A stretch of 64,000 nt of DNA from a virus (IMGVR_UViG_3300020185_000013:66480-130479); one strand, 5' to 3'; shown: positions 29,073 through 39,474, counted from the first letter of the stretch. The notes: generated by a model not told the origin, from the sequence alone. A program made the numbers and translations.

Positions 29073-30530
29073 ATGGCAAATTTAATTAATGAGGCAGAAA
29101 TCAGAAGTACTTGGGCTCCTGTAATTGAGGAAGCAACTGGTATCAATGATTCTAACAAGCTGGCTTGGATGTCAACTTACTGTCACAACCACAAGCTATA
29201 CGAAGATGCTAACATGATGAGCTTAGGTTCAGTTGGTTCTTTCAATAGCATGAACATCGGAGGTATGGGCGCTGTAGTTCTACCAGACACGGCAACTGGA
29301 TTTGACGCACAAAGAGGTTCTGGAGACAAAGCTCCAACTCTACTTCCACTAGCAATGCAAGTTGCTGCACAAACAATCGGTCTAGATTTAGTACCGGTAA
29401 TCCCAATGGCAGGTCCAATGGGTCTTTTATCTTACCTAGACTTCGTATACGAAGGTGGTAGAACTGATAACGACGTAACTCCAACTTACGTAAAAGTTGA
29501 TGGTACTGGCTTATCTGTTAAAAACGACGGTCTATCTCCAGCATCTGATTACGCAGTATTAGTTGGTACTTCACGTCTAGACGGTGTAGGTATCTACAAA
29601 ATCACTGAAGCTGGTGAAGCTGCAGTAGCAGCTGGTGGTACTATCGCAGGTCTATTCAACGGTACTAAGATTGTAGTATCTCTAGTAGCTGCTCTAAACG
29701 ACCACATCCCAGGATTCTCTGGTAATGAGAACGCTGATGAGGATCTACTAGATGCTTCTCCATTCTCAAGAGAAGTTGGTGAAAGAACTCCTGATAACAT
29801 CATGGGTCTTTCTCTATTCAGCAAATCAGTTGAAGCTGAGACTTTCCAAGTTGCAGCTGCAGTAACAAGAGAGCAAGTTCAAGACCTTAAGCAATTCGGT
29901 GTTGACGCAGTAGCTCAAGTTGAAGCAGTTTTAACTAACGAGTTAACTCAGTCAATCAACTCTTACATCCTAGGTACTATGAGATCTATGGCTGAATCTA
30001 AATTAGGTGCTCTAGCACTTGATTACTCAATCGTTGGTGGTAACACTTACGGTGATCACAACAGAAGAATCTTAACTCACGTACTTGCTGCAGCGAACTT
30101 AATCGCTAACAGAGGTCGTAGAGGTGCAGGTAACTTCGCAGTAGTTGATGCTAAAGTAGCTTCAGCTCTACAAGGAGTTGCTGGATTCGTTCCAAACCCA
30201 ATGGCTAACACCATTTCACAAGTTGCAGGTGCAATCTACCCAGTAGGTTCTGTAGCTGGTATCAATATCTACACTGATCCAAGACTTCCATTCGATGGAA
30301 AACAAGTTGCGGGAGAGGAAACTCACGAAGTTCTAGTAGGTAGAAAAGGTGATGGTAACGGTGCAGGTCTAGTATTCATGCCATACCTAATGGCTGAATC
30401 AGTACAGACTATCGCTGAAGGTACAATGGCTCCTAAGGTAGCTGTTAAATCTAGATTCGCTCTAGTAAAAGCAGGTTTCCACCCAGAGACTCAGTACCAC
30501 AAATTTAACATCACAGGTCTAGAACTATAA
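29073..30530 (+). CDS. Major capsid protein (gp23-like)
   Basis: W.P..E, V.PM.GP.G, EQ.QDL, T..IN..I, RRG.GNF, FMPY, KSRF; GATATATA at 28981. Confidence 0.93.
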   Translation: MANLINEAEIRSTWAPVIEEATGINDSNKLAWMSTYCHNHKLYEDANMMSLGSVGSFNSMNIGGMGAVVLPDTATGFDAQRGSGDKAPTLLPLAMQVAAQTIGLDLVPVIPMAGPMGLLSYLDFVYEGGRTDNDVTPTYVKVDGTGLSVKNDGLSPASDYAVLVGTSRLDGVGIYKITEAGEAAVAAGGTIAGLFNGTKIVVSLVAALNDHIPGFSGNENADEDLLDASPFSREVGERTPDNIMGLSLFSKSVEAETFQVAAAVTREQVQDLKQFGVDAVAQVEAVLTNELTQSINSYILGTMRSMAESKLGALALDYSIVGGNTYGDHNRRILTHVLAAANLIANRGRRGAGNFAVVDAKVASALQGVAGFVPNPMANTISQVAGAIYPVGSVAGINIYTDPRLPFDGKQVAGEETHEVLVGRKGDGNGAGLVFMPYLMAESVQTIAEGTMAPKVAVKSRFALVKAGFHPETQYHKFNITGLEL

Positions 30531-30559
30531 TCTTACGATTAATTAGTATAACCTATATT

Positions 30560-30590
30560 GAAAGGGTCTCTTCGGAGACCCTTTCTTTTT
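30560..30590 (+). terminator. C(UUCG)G terminator after the capsid gene
   Basis: GAAAGGGTCTC-TTCG-GAGACCCTTTC plus TTTTT. Confidence 0.9.
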
Positions 30591-30623
30591 GTGATATATA
30601 AGGGTATATTAAGCCAATTCAGT

Positions 30624-31310
30624 ATGATTAGTATTATTATGCTTTCGAACCTCATGTCATATGAAGGTTCTAGAAAGGATCCAGAGGCTAAATTTATTAG
30701 AGCTGTTGATTCCTACTTAAATCAAACAACATCATATCCAAACGAATTAATTATTGTTAGCGATGGTTGTGATATTACCAATCAATTGTATCAAGAACAT
30801 TTTAGTGAAACTGGAAGGGTCAAGCTGATTAAAATGCCCAAATCAGAAGAGGGTGTTTTTCCAGGTACTTATCGACAGGTTGGAATAGACAGTGCCCAAT
30901 ATGAAATTATATCCTATTTAGATAGCGATGATATTTTACTACCTAATAGAATTAATCAATGTGTTAATTTATTAAGAGCATCTGGTAAAAAAATGATTCT
31001 AGACCAATATTACATTTTTCCAGATACTCAACGTGTTAATTCAGAACACCTACAAACTGCTAAAATAATCTCTAAATTTACTCTATATGGTATTAATTTT
31101 AGAAGAGTTAAGTCAATGTGGAAAGGATCGACTGCACAGCTAGTACATTATAAAGACATAAAATCAAAATGGACTGATGCTAAAAGAGGCGAAGATGCTA
31201 ATTTTATAAACTCAATATGTGGCGAGTTTATGTATAATAAAAACCAACTTATGCTACCAATTGATGGATATGCAGTATGTCACCATCCAATATTTGGGTT
31301 TGATGTTTAA
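30624..31310 (+). CDS. Glycosyltransferase family 2
   Basis: ISIIM, ELIIVSDG, R..GI..A, YLDSDD, GED; ATG 30624 after GATATATA at 30593. Confidence 0.85.
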   Translation: MISIIMLSNLMSYEGSRKDPEAKFIRAVDSYLNQTTSYPNELIIVSDGCDITNQLYQEHFSETGRVKLIKMPKSEEGVFPGTYRQVGIDSAQYEIISYLDSDDILLPNRINQCVNLLRASGKKMILDQYYIFPDTQRVNSEHLQTAKIISKFTLYGINFRRVKSMWKGSTAQLVHYKDIKSKWTDAKRGEDANFINSICGEFMYNKNQLMLPIDGYAVCHHPIFGFDV

Positions 31311-31342
31311 GATATATAGACTATAAATAAAAGAATACAAAA

Positions 31343-32293
31343 ATGAAGCTATCTAAGAAATTGATGCTATTTGAAGAGTTTACCGAGGTAAAGACTGATG
31401 TTGATGTTAAGGTAGACACTAATGTAGATTTAGGGGCTAAAGGTGAAATCATCCAGGATGTCGATACTATTATTTCTAAACTTGAAGATCTTGCTAACAA
31501 TCTAGGTTCTGATAGAGTTGGAACTACTGAAACTGCAAATGAGTCTAATGAAATTCTTGTTGAAGGCGCCGCTGATCAATTAATGAGCGCCGAATTATAT
31601 ATGTTACCATTAGTAGCTGCCGGTTTAGTTGGAGGTGCAGCAGTTGGAGTTGGAGTTCTTATAACAAAGGCAATAAAGAGAAAAAAGATCAAGAAGCTTT
31701 TTAGTAAAGAGATTGAAAAGCCTAGACTAGAAGCCATGAAGCTTAAAATTCAAAAGGCTAAATTAGAAGGCGATGCTAAGAAAAAAGCTGAAGATAAAAT
31801 TAAGGATCTTGAAACTGGGGCATCTACAATGCAAAGTTCACTCGGTGAAAAGTACCCAAATTCAAAAGATCTTTTAGCTGCTCTTAATGCTGATCTTAAT
31901 TTTAAGATAACATCTACCCTTATAAAATCAGGAGCTCTTTCCACATCAGAACTTGAAAAGGCTAAGCAAACTAATGCAAACGCACAGAAAACTATTGAAA
32001 CTGCAAATGCAAATGCAGCTGAACAAAAAGAAAAAGGAAAAGATTTAGCAGCAAACGCGACTGACGAAGAAAAGGATAAAATCAGAAAGGCTGCAGAAGA
32101 GGCTAAAGAAAAAATGAATGACAAGGAAGACAATCCAAAGGTTAAAGCTGCTGAGGATAAAATTAAAGAATATGAAGATGCTATTGAACAACTGAGTAGT
32201 AAAAAAGATAAAGCATCTCAAGATAAAGTAGGAATATTACAAGCAGCGCTTGCTAATAAAAAGAAAGAATTAGAGAAGTTAAAAGAATCTTAA
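31343..32293 (+). CDS. Putative internal virion protein with hydrophobic helix and coiled coil
   Basis: KKLMLFEEFTE N-terminal motif, LPLVAAGLVGGAAVGVGVLI segment, GATATATA at 31311. Confidence 0.55.
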   Translation: MKLSKKLMLFEEFTEVKTDVDVKVDTNVDLGAKGEIIQDVDTIISKLEDLANNLGSDRVGTTETANESNEILVEGAADQLMSAELYMLPLVAAGLVGGAAVGVGVLITKAIKRKKIKKLFSKEIEKPRLEAMKLKIQKAKLEGDAKKKAEDKIKDLETGASTMQSSLGEKYPNSKDLLAALNADLNFKITSTLIKSGALSTSELEKAKQTNANAQKTIETANANAAEQKEKGKDLAANATDEEKDKIRKAAEEAKEKMNDKEDNPKVKAAEDKIKEYEDAIEQLSSKKDKASQDKVGILQAALANKKKELEKLKES

Positions 32294-32799
32294 TCTAATC
32301 GCTTTTTAGCATTTTTACGAGCTAATTTAAGGAACTCCTGTCTCTCATTGAGCAGGAGTTCTTTGCATTTCTTGCGAAACTCAATTGAACTCTTAAGAAT
32401 ACGGCTATCAACCATCGGAGCCTTTAAAATGTCATGGTATTCTGGATGGATAAAGTTTTCTAGGTCGAAATTCATAAATTTGGCCCTAATTGGTTTACCA
32501 GATATCGCACAAACCCAATCGATTTGATTATAGTTGTTCTCAAGTGTCTGCTTATCAACCGCTGCACTGCTTTCCCAATCCCAATATAACTTTAATGCCG
32601 CAGAATCTTTTACCGAAGGTCTCTGTATTTTAAGAGCACACTCAACAAATTGATCGCTTTCAGCCCATCGGTAGATATGCTTGTGTTTAATTAAAAACTG
32701 TCGAAATGATTTTGGCAAATACTGAAGGACAATCCCAAATCTGGCCCCCTTCTTATTAGAGCTTCTTACGATATTAATCTTCGAGTAACTTATTGCCAT
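32290..32799 (-). CDS. Hypothetical protein (only credible minus-strand gene)
   Basis: Fills the gap between + strand genes; ATG 32799 is preceded by GAATAAATA on the minus strand. Confidence 0.65.
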   Translation of the reverse strand: MAISYSKINIVRSSNKKGARFGIVLQYLPKSFRQFLIKHKHIYRWAESDQFVECALKIQRPSVKDSAALKLYWDWESSAAVDKQTLENNYNQIDWVCAISGKPIRAKFMNFDLENFIHPEYHDILKAPMVDSRILKSSIEFRKKCKELLLNERQEFLKLARKNAKKRLD

Positions 32800-32816
32800 A
32801 TTTGTATTTATTCGTG

Positions 32817-32843
32817 GAAACAAAATGGCCTAGGCTCATATAA
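32817..32843 (+). promoter_or_regulatory. Class II motif GAAAC-N17-TATAA upstream of the clamp loader
   Basis: Exact spacing. Confidence 0.75.
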
Positions 32844-32860
32844 TTAGCAAAGACTTTTGT

Positions 32861-33817
32861 ATGCAATCAATAAATCAACTCTTTACAGAGAAATACCGTC
32901 CAAAAAATTTGGATGAGTTGATCCTACCGGATCGAGTTATGAATAAGTTCAAAGATGGCTTAGTACAGAACATGTTATTTGCAGGTTCACCAGGTACTGG
33001 AAAGACATCGACTGCGAAAGCAATTGTAAATCAATTTGAACTTCCATACCTCTATATTAATGCATCTACCGATACTTCAGTTGAAGTTATCAGAACCCGA
33101 ATCATTGACTTTTGTTCTACTGTTTCGATTATGGATAAAGCAGGATTATTTAAGGTAGTGATTCTTGATGAGGTTGATGGTGTAAGTGATCAGTTCTTTA
33201 AAGCACTTCGCGCAACAATGGAAACATTCGCAAGTAATAGTCGCTTTATTGCAACTTGTAATTACATCAATAAGTTACCAGATCCAATTCTTTCACGTTT
33301 TGAAGTAATTAACTTTGACTTTGATAAGGAAGAAGAGGCTGAATTAACAAAGAAATACATTCGTCGAGTGTATGATATCTGTGGAAAGGAAGAAATGACA
33401 ATTGAAAAACCAGCACTGGTTGAATTTGTTCGTCGTAATTTCCCAGATCTTCGCAACACTCTTAATAAACTACAAGGCTTCAAAACACAAGGTACAAATA
33501 ATATTACCGTAACCGATGTGAAGAAGTTTAATTCAGTTTATAAAGACGTATTTGAGTTAATTTTTAATGAAACGGATCCAGCAGAAAATTATAAAGTGTT
33601 GGTGAGTAACTACTCAAACCGGGTAGATGATGTATTGGCGGCATTAGGCGCCGAATTTGTGGAATACATACAACAAGAGAAACAACAAAGCGTTAAGAAC
33701 ATACCGCAAATTATTGTATCAGTTGCACAACACCAAGCACAAAGAGTACATGTGATTGACCCGGTAATAACGATGTTAAGTTGTGTGTATTCTCTACAGA
33801 CGATTATAAGATCTTAA
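32861..33817 (+). CDS. Clamp loader large subunit (gp44/RFC-like)
   Basis: EKYRP, GSPGTGKTS, INAS, ILDEVD, SRF, FPDLR. Confidence 0.92.
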   Translation: MQSINQLFTEKYRPKNLDELILPDRVMNKFKDGLVQNMLFAGSPGTGKTSTAKAIVNQFELPYLYINASTDTSVEVIRTRIIDFCSTVSIMDKAGLFKVVILDEVDGVSDQFFKALRATMETFASNSRFIATCNYINKLPDPILSRFEVINFDFDKEEEAELTKKYIRRVYDICGKEEMTIEKPALVEFVRRNFPDLRNTLNKLQGFKTQGTNNITVTDVKKFNSVYKDVFELIFNETDPAENYKVLVSNYSNRVDDVLAALGAEFVEYIQQEKQQSVKNIPQIIVSVAQHQAQRVHVIDPVITMLSCVYSLQTIIRS

Positions 33818-33834
33818 AAAAATATTGCTACAGA

Positions 33835-33866
33835 TTTTTTTATGTCAAGAAAAATGATTATATTAG
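33835..33866 (+). promoter_or_regulatory. Class I motif TATGTC-N12-TATATTAG
   Basis: Exact spacing. Confidence 0.75.
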
Positions 33867-33887
33867 ATCTGTAAAAACAACATAACA

Positions 33888-35153
33888 ATGAAAGTGGGAA
33901 AACATACATTACTTATCGACGGTAATTACTTCATCTTTAGTAGATTGTTCGTAATGCCAAGACCAAAAAGCGGAATGCTTCTTGGTGATGACAAAGCAAA
34001 GGCACAGTTTATGCGTAAGCTGTCAATTGACTTTGCATCTGAAATGCGTAAACTTCAAGGGTTTGTCGATGATGTTGTAGTCACCGTCGATTCTAAATCT
34101 TGGCGCAAAGACCTATACCCACAAGCTGATTATAAAGGTACTCGTAAACAGGACAGCTCAGTTAATTGGGAAGCTGTTTATGATGTATATGTAAATTTCC
34201 AAGAAATCTTAAAATCAAAGGGTGTTACAGTTCAACAAACTTCAGGTGCAGAAGCAGATGATGTTATTTTCGGCTGGTCAGTAACTCTTAATGATCGTGG
34301 TAAATCTTGTATTGTATGGACTGGTGATCGTGATTTGATTCAACTTGTTAATCACTCAACTGCAAACGATGCTCATACAATCTGGTACTACAACTCTAAA
34401 AAGAGTCTTTATGTCTACCCAGGATTTCAAGCAGATATGGATCGCTTAGCATCTGATGCTCTTAGTGATGATGAAATGCTATTTAATATGAGTGGTTCGC
34501 ATGTAACTCGTGATGACTACCAACGTCAAATCCTAGCATGGATTCAAAAGAATAAGATTCAAACTACAGAAGTTGATTGCGATGAGTTTATCTTTAAAAA
34601 GGTTCTAGTTGGCGACAGTAGCGATAACATTGCTTCAGTTGTAACATGGCAAAAAGAAATGAAGAATGGTAAACTTCGCAACTACTCAATTACCGATAAA
34701 ATGGCAGAAAAGATTTGGGAACAATATGTCAAAGAATTCGATACTTTCGAAATTGACTACTTATTCTCAGATGCTCAAAAAAGTAGATTGTCAGACATTA
34801 TCCATCGAGTAGTTGGTAAGAGTTCACCTGCTTTAATTAAAACGGCTCTCAGTAGTAATATTGGACTAATGGTTCTACATAACCACATTATACCAGAAGC
34901 AATCCAAAAGGCAATCTATAAAGAGATTGACTCTTTATGGGAAGGAGCTGTTGAAAATATGAATGTTCTATTCGATAAGGATAAGATTCTAGAAGGAACT
35001 CATTGGTTGGATGGTTCAAGCGAACCTGCTGGTATGGATCCTTTTGCTGGCATGGATATTCCTCAAGAGCCAAAACCAATGAAGACAATTGGCAAAAAGA
35101 AGGATGAAACAAAAGCAAAGCCAAAGACTAAAAACTTAAATAACCTATTCTAA
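33888..35153 (+). CDS. 5'-3' exonuclease / T4 RNase H-like (FEN family)
   Basis: LIDGN, YKGTR, EADD, TGDRDL.QL, GDSSDNI. Confidence 0.88.
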   Translation: MKVGKHTLLIDGNYFIFSRLFVMPRPKSGMLLGDDKAKAQFMRKLSIDFASEMRKLQGFVDDVVVTVDSKSWRKDLYPQADYKGTRKQDSSVNWEAVYDVYVNFQEILKSKGVTVQQTSGAEADDVIFGWSVTLNDRGKSCIVWTGDRDLIQLVNHSTANDAHTIWYYNSKKSLYVYPGFQADMDRLASDALSDDEMLFNMSGSHVTRDDYQRQILAWIQKNKIQTTEVDCDEFIFKKVLVGDSSDNIASVVTWQKEMKNGKLRNYSITDKMAEKIWEQYVKEFDTFEIDYLFSDAQKSRLSDIIHRVVGKSSPALIKTALSSNIGLMVLHNHIIPEAIQKAIYKEIDSLWEGAVENMNVLFDKDKILEGTHWLDGSSEPAGMDPFAGMDIPQEPKPMKTIGKKKDETKAKPKTKNLNNLF

Positions 35154-35323
35154 TGATACCAACGCTTGAAGAACAAATTCACATCGAAGAGATTTTAGCT
35201 GAAGCAAGAGCTTATGGTCTTGATTGGGAAGTTAAGTCTTGGGCGATGCAATTCATGAAAGATAACCCTGAAATGCCACTAGTAGATGCATATCAACTTG
35301 CATATATGGAGTGGGTTAAGTAA
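35153..35323 (+). CDS. 56-aa hypothetical
   Basis: MIPTLEEQIHIEEILAEARAYGLDWEV...AYMEWVK; TAATG overlap with the upstream stop. Confidence 0.6.
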   Translation: MIPTLEEQIHIEEILAEARAYGLDWEVKSWAMQFMKDNPEMPLVDAYQLAYMEWVK

Positions 35324-35325
35324 CT

Positions 35326-35754
35326 ATGCTAGACGAAACTAAACTATTTGACTTCGTGAAAATAATGTTCACGAGGCCAGCAGACTATAAGAAAATAAAA
35401 CAAATCAACAAGAAGCGACATCACTTTATGATTAATCGCTTCTTTTCTATCAAATACCCAGCAAACTCACAGTTATTTAATGTTAATGGTATTAATGGTG
35501 GAAATGTAGTTGAGAGTTGGTCAATCGTTGCTTCTCGATTTAAGAGCGTTCCCGGTTGGATCTACACTAAAACCAAAAAGGCACCAGCCAATAAACAGGA
35601 TAAATATATTCCAGATCCTGTTGCTGTTCGGCTTTTTATGGAAAAGAATGAGATCGGAAAAAGGGAATTCGAAGAATTAAAAACCTTTGCAAAAGATCAA
35701 TTGTATGACGATTTGCAAAAAATTGAGAAGCAAATAGATGTTTACTCCAAATAA
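35326..35754 (+). CDS. Possible clamp loader small subunit (gp62-like)
   Basis: FMINR.FS motif and size. Confidence 0.5.
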   Translation: MLDETKLFDFVKIMFTRPADYKKIKQINKKRHHFMINRFFSIKYPANSQLFNVNGINGGNVVESWSIVASRFKSVPGWIYTKTKKAPANKQDKYIPDPVAVRLFMEKNEIGKREFEELKTFAKDQLYDDLQKIEKQIDVYSK

Positions 35755-36388
35755 AAACAACTTTACTGAAATTGTCGACATTGTACTATACCGCTATAAT
35801 TCAGTGGATAGTAAACTGTGGTCTCTTATTAAAAGAGAATCTGGTCATAAGAAATTAGACCAGGATAGTTTATTAGTTAGTGCGGAGGCTATTAATAGAA
35901 TTATATTAATTCACTTTAGATCTGAAGTAAACAAGTTTCAGTCTATTGAAGGTGCAATGGTGTATAAAGAGGCTACCACTATTTACTTTATGTGGAAAAT
36001 GCTGAATGAAATCAAATCACTAAAGTGGATCAAAATTAACCTTATTAAAAATGCCAACTATTCAAGAGTTGTAAACATGGATGAGATGAAGACGATTAAG
36101 TTTTCAATCAAAACAATTAGAGGAACGTTTAGAACCTTTGATTACTTTGCAAATAGCCAACTTCCTCTCGTTAATCATATTTTATATAAGTCAAAAATAC
36201 TAGGAGCAAATCAACACTATCGAGTTGTCAGAATGTCGAGCTTTTTATCAGCACTTGATAATTTTCTAATGAACAACAATAGCAGTGAATTTGCACTTCC
36301 AGTCAGTACAATTATTAACGAACTCGAAGATTTTGAGAATGACGATCCAGAAGTTCTCATTATTACTGATTATGATTCAGATATATAA
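35738..36388 (+). CDS. Hypothetical protein
   Basis: ORF only. Confidence 0.55.
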   Translation: MFTPNKNNFTEIVDIVLYRYNSVDSKLWSLIKRESGHKKLDQDSLLVSAEAINRIILIHFRSEVNKFQSIEGAMVYKEATTIYFMWKMLNEIKSLKWIKINLIKNANYSRVVNMDEMKTIKFSIKTIRGTFRTFDYFANSQLPLVNHILYKSKILGANQHYRVVRMSSFLSALDNFLMNNNSSEFALPVSTIINELEDFENDDPEVLIITDYDSDI

Positions 36389-36408
36389 AGAAAATATATC
36401 TAATCAAC

Positions 36409-36795
36409 ATGCTTAAAATTGGTAAAAGAGAGGGACTAGTATACATTTCAGTTATTTTATGGGTGTTAATGGGGATCCTTGGCGCTATTAAAGGTGCCGA
36501 TTTACAACAACTTGCAGTTTACTTTGGTTCTCTAACAGCATATGTTGCGACCTATATCTGGGCAGAAACTAAAAGACCATCTGAAAAGACAGGTATTTTA
36601 GAGAAGGGTCCAAGCTCAAGAAGAGAAATGATGATATATGTTGTTACTGGAATATGGGCAATTGCTGGAGTAGTTGCTATCTGGTACGCTGCTAATTTAA
36701 CAGATCTAGCAGTTTACTTTACATCACTTACCGGTTTTGTAGCAAGTTGGATTGCAGGAGAAGTTTACACTCCACAAGATAAGATTAAGAAATAA
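36409..36795 (+). CDS. Four-helix membrane protein with internal duplication (holin-like candidate)
   Basis: LAVYFGSLTAYV..YI.AE and LAVYFTSLTGFV..WI.GE; GATATATA at 36380. Confidence 0.5.
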   Translation: MLKIGKREGLVYISVILWVLMGILGAIKGADLQQLAVYFGSLTAYVATYIWAETKRPSEKTGILEKGPSSRREMMIYVVTGIWAIAGVVAIWYAANLTDLAVYFTSLTGFVASWIAGEVYTPQDKIKK

Positions 36796-38750
36796 TGGCA
36801 AATAGTTTTACCGCAACACAGATCGGCGATTCATTTGTCGCTAAAACCAAAGACCCACAGCATAATGCACTGAGCATTAGTGCATGGGAAATACTAGTTG
36901 GTGTTAGTAATGACAATACAGTTGGTAAATTACAAGTTACTGACGGGTCAACCTCTGTAGTTGGAGTTGGTACAAATTTAACCCTGCAAAGTGGAGACCA
37001 ATTCATTATTGGTAACTTAACATTTACGGTTGATAATGTAATTGACGCAAATAATTTCACAATCACTGAAATTGCTCCAGTAACTGGACTATTTAACTTT
37101 TATTTACCAGAAAATTCAAACAATTATTTTAACTATCAATTTAGATGGTCTCAAAGTAATCTTCCAGATGGAGGTCAATTTAGTGAGTTTAGAGAGTTAA
37201 CTAGTAACACAGGCCCAAATGACCTATTAGGACTTACATTCGACCCAGAAATTCCAGTTTGGATTGATGTTAGATTTGAAGCTGAAAGACTTTCACAGGG
37301 AAGTTCAATTAGTCTATTAAGTTGGAGATTTGATTACTTAACGACTGAAGGTGTTGTAGTTTCATGTCCTAACTGGTGTGGAGAATGTACTGATCCATAT
37401 GCAATGGACGGCTGTGCAAATATTGTAATTGACTGTGATGATGCACTATACAATCCATATAACTTAAGAAAGCCCTATTCATATTACAGACAGCTAAGTG
37501 CTCTCACAAATCAAATGTGGGGTCATGAAGTAAGATACTTTAGAGTTGAACCAGACCAGAGAAGTAGAGACGTGATTCTAATGGAGTACTCACTATACAA
37601 TGTTGTAGAAGAGGCAGTGATGAAGGTAATGGTTCCAGATAATGCATTTCCAACTAGAGAATTTAACTTCGATATTTTTGGAATGGACTTTGAAGAGTTT
37701 GAAATCCACGTTACTGGTGAAGCATTTACAACAGCATTTGGAACAGGAATGGAACCAAGAAGTAGAGACTACCTATTCTTTCCAATCTTAAATAGAATGT
37801 ATGAGGTAAGTACAGTTGCACTTGCCGACCAATTCAATGCTCAGTTAACCTATTGGAGAGTTCAACTTAGAAAATGGGAGGACAGAACAAGTTCAATTCA
37901 TACCGATACTACAATTGAACAAGAGGTTGATGATTTAACAACTGGAATTGAAGAGGTATTTGGAGAAGAGATTCAACAAGAATTTGAAAAGGTTACAAAA
38001 CCACAGCAGTTTAAAACTGTTTACCAAGAACTTGACGATTCTATTAGATACAGTAAACATCCATCACTTCAAATCCAGGATGCTGAGATTAGAAACAAGT
38101 GGACAATGATTTCAAAGAATAATTATATGTTGAATAAGGCAGATGTTGGAGAAAGATACGCTCTAACATATAATGCCCTTTCAAAATTAACCACTTCTGA
38201 GAATCTGGCGATTACTGCTTGGTTTAGACCACAGTTTACGGCAGCAGATACTGCAAACTATGTGTTCATCGATGGTAGAGCAGACTCTGATTTTACTAAG
38301 GGACTTGCGGTTGCAACTACACAGACTGAAATGAATGTAACCATTAACGGAGTAAACTATCAACTAGTGTACCCGAATAAATTGGAGTTTAATGTTTGGT
38401 ATGCAGTCGTTGTGAATGTTAATAATACACACGGTGATTTAAGTCTAAATGTTTATCGACTGGATCCAAATTCAAATCTTGGCCTTGCACATAAGAAGAA
38501 TTCAACATTTACTAATTTTGTAGATCAGACATTTACGCTACCTTCTACTGAATGGAATGCAGAAAAAGGATGGAGCCTTTCAGCAGCTCCACTAAACGTA
38601 ACAAACATTAGATTGTTCGAAAAGGTAATTGAGGCAGAGCAGCACATGAATGTTCTACAACAATATGTAGTTCGTGATGCTGATCTAGCGATTATGACTG
38701 ATAACGCAATTCCATCAATTCAACTAAGACAATACAGCAACCCAAGGTAA
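36795..38750 (+). CDS. Neck protein (gp14-like core) with extra beta-rich domains
   Basis: G.EVRYF, D.IL.E, FG.D, P...D.LFFP....MYEV; LamG-like C-terminal pattern. Confidence 0.55.
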   Translation: MANSFTATQIGDSFVAKTKDPQHNALSISAWEILVGVSNDNTVGKLQVTDGSTSVVGVGTNLTLQSGDQFIIGNLTFTVDNVIDANNFTITEIAPVTGLFNFYLPENSNNYFNYQFRWSQSNLPDGGQFSEFRELTSNTGPNDLLGLTFDPEIPVWIDVRFEAERLSQGSSISLLSWRFDYLTTEGVVVSCPNWCGECTDPYAMDGCANIVIDCDDALYNPYNLRKPYSYYRQLSALTNQMWGHEVRYFRVEPDQRSRDVILMEYSLYNVVEEAVMKVMVPDNAFPTREFNFDIFGMDFEEFEIHVTGEAFTTAFGTGMEPRSRDYLFFPILNRMYEVSTVALADQFNAQLTYWRVQLRKWEDRTSSIHTDTTIEQEVDDLTTGIEEVFGEEIQQEFEKVTKPQQFKTVYQELDDSIRYSKHPSLQIQDAEIRNKWTMISKNNYMLNKADVGERYALTYNALSKLTTSENLAITAWFRPQFTAADTANYVFIDGRADSDFTKGLAVATTQTEMNVTINGVNYQLVYPNKLEFNVWYAVVVNVNNTHGDLSLNVYRLDPNSNLGLAHKKNSTFTNFVDQTFTLPSTEWNAEKGWSLSAAPLNVTNIRLFEKVIEAEQHMNVLQQYVVRDADLAIMTDNAIPSIQLRQYSNPR

Positions 38751-38813
38751 TTAATGTGGGACCAATATTGGATCTCAAGGTAAACTTGGATATATAGACT
38801 ATAATATAATATT

Positions 38814-39473
38814 ATGAGCGATAAGAAACGAACAATAAGTGACCAGGCTGACGAAATACGCAGAGAACTGGATGACTTGATTGGAGATAATGAAAGTTTA
38901 GACATAGATCAGGATCCTACCGATACTGCAATTATGAAGCAACCAACATCGCTCCCTCCAGTAAATTACGGGGATATCAAGTTAAAATCAACAAATAAGG
39001 CAAAGAAGACAATCACAAGTCTAATGAAGTTCTATCTTGATTCAGATATCATTGAGAAGGACGAATATATTCAAGCTAAGAAAAAGATGGATGAGATGAC
39101 AATGTCCTCTCTAATCTATCAGCTTCAAGCCGGTGAAAGAGCACTAACAACACTATTAGAAACTATTGAAGCAGGGGAACTTGCACCAAGAATGTTTGAG
39201 GTGTTAGCAACCTTACAGAAATCAATGCTCGACATTATTAAGTCACAAACAATGTACTTAATGGCAGCTGAAGAATCAACAAAGAGAATTGCCCGCGACA
39301 TCGAAATCTATAAGAAACGAGATGATACTCGAGAAATTGAAGAGAGCGGAGGTGATGTTGGAAATAAAAACATTCAGAGAGGTACTAAAGACCTAATGGC
39401 TGCAATTCAAGCTGGAATTAAGAACGGTACTAATGAAGAAGACATTGAAGACGTAGAAATTACAGAAGATTGA
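38814..39473 (+). CDS. Terminase small subunit (gp16-like)
   Basis: PRMFEV.A.L and GT.DL motifs; upstream of TerL. Confidence 0.7.
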   Translation: MSDKKRTISDQADEIRRELDDLIGDNESLDIDQDPTDTAIMKQPTSLPPVNYGDIKLKSTNKAKKTITSLMKFYLDSDIIEKDEYIQAKKKMDEMTMSSLIYQLQAGERALTTLLETIEAGELAPRMFEVLATLQKSMLDIIKSQTMYLMAAEESTKRIARDIEIYKKRDDTREIEESGGDVGNKNIQRGTKDLMAAIQAGIKNGTNEEDIEDVEITED

Positions 39474-39474
39474 T

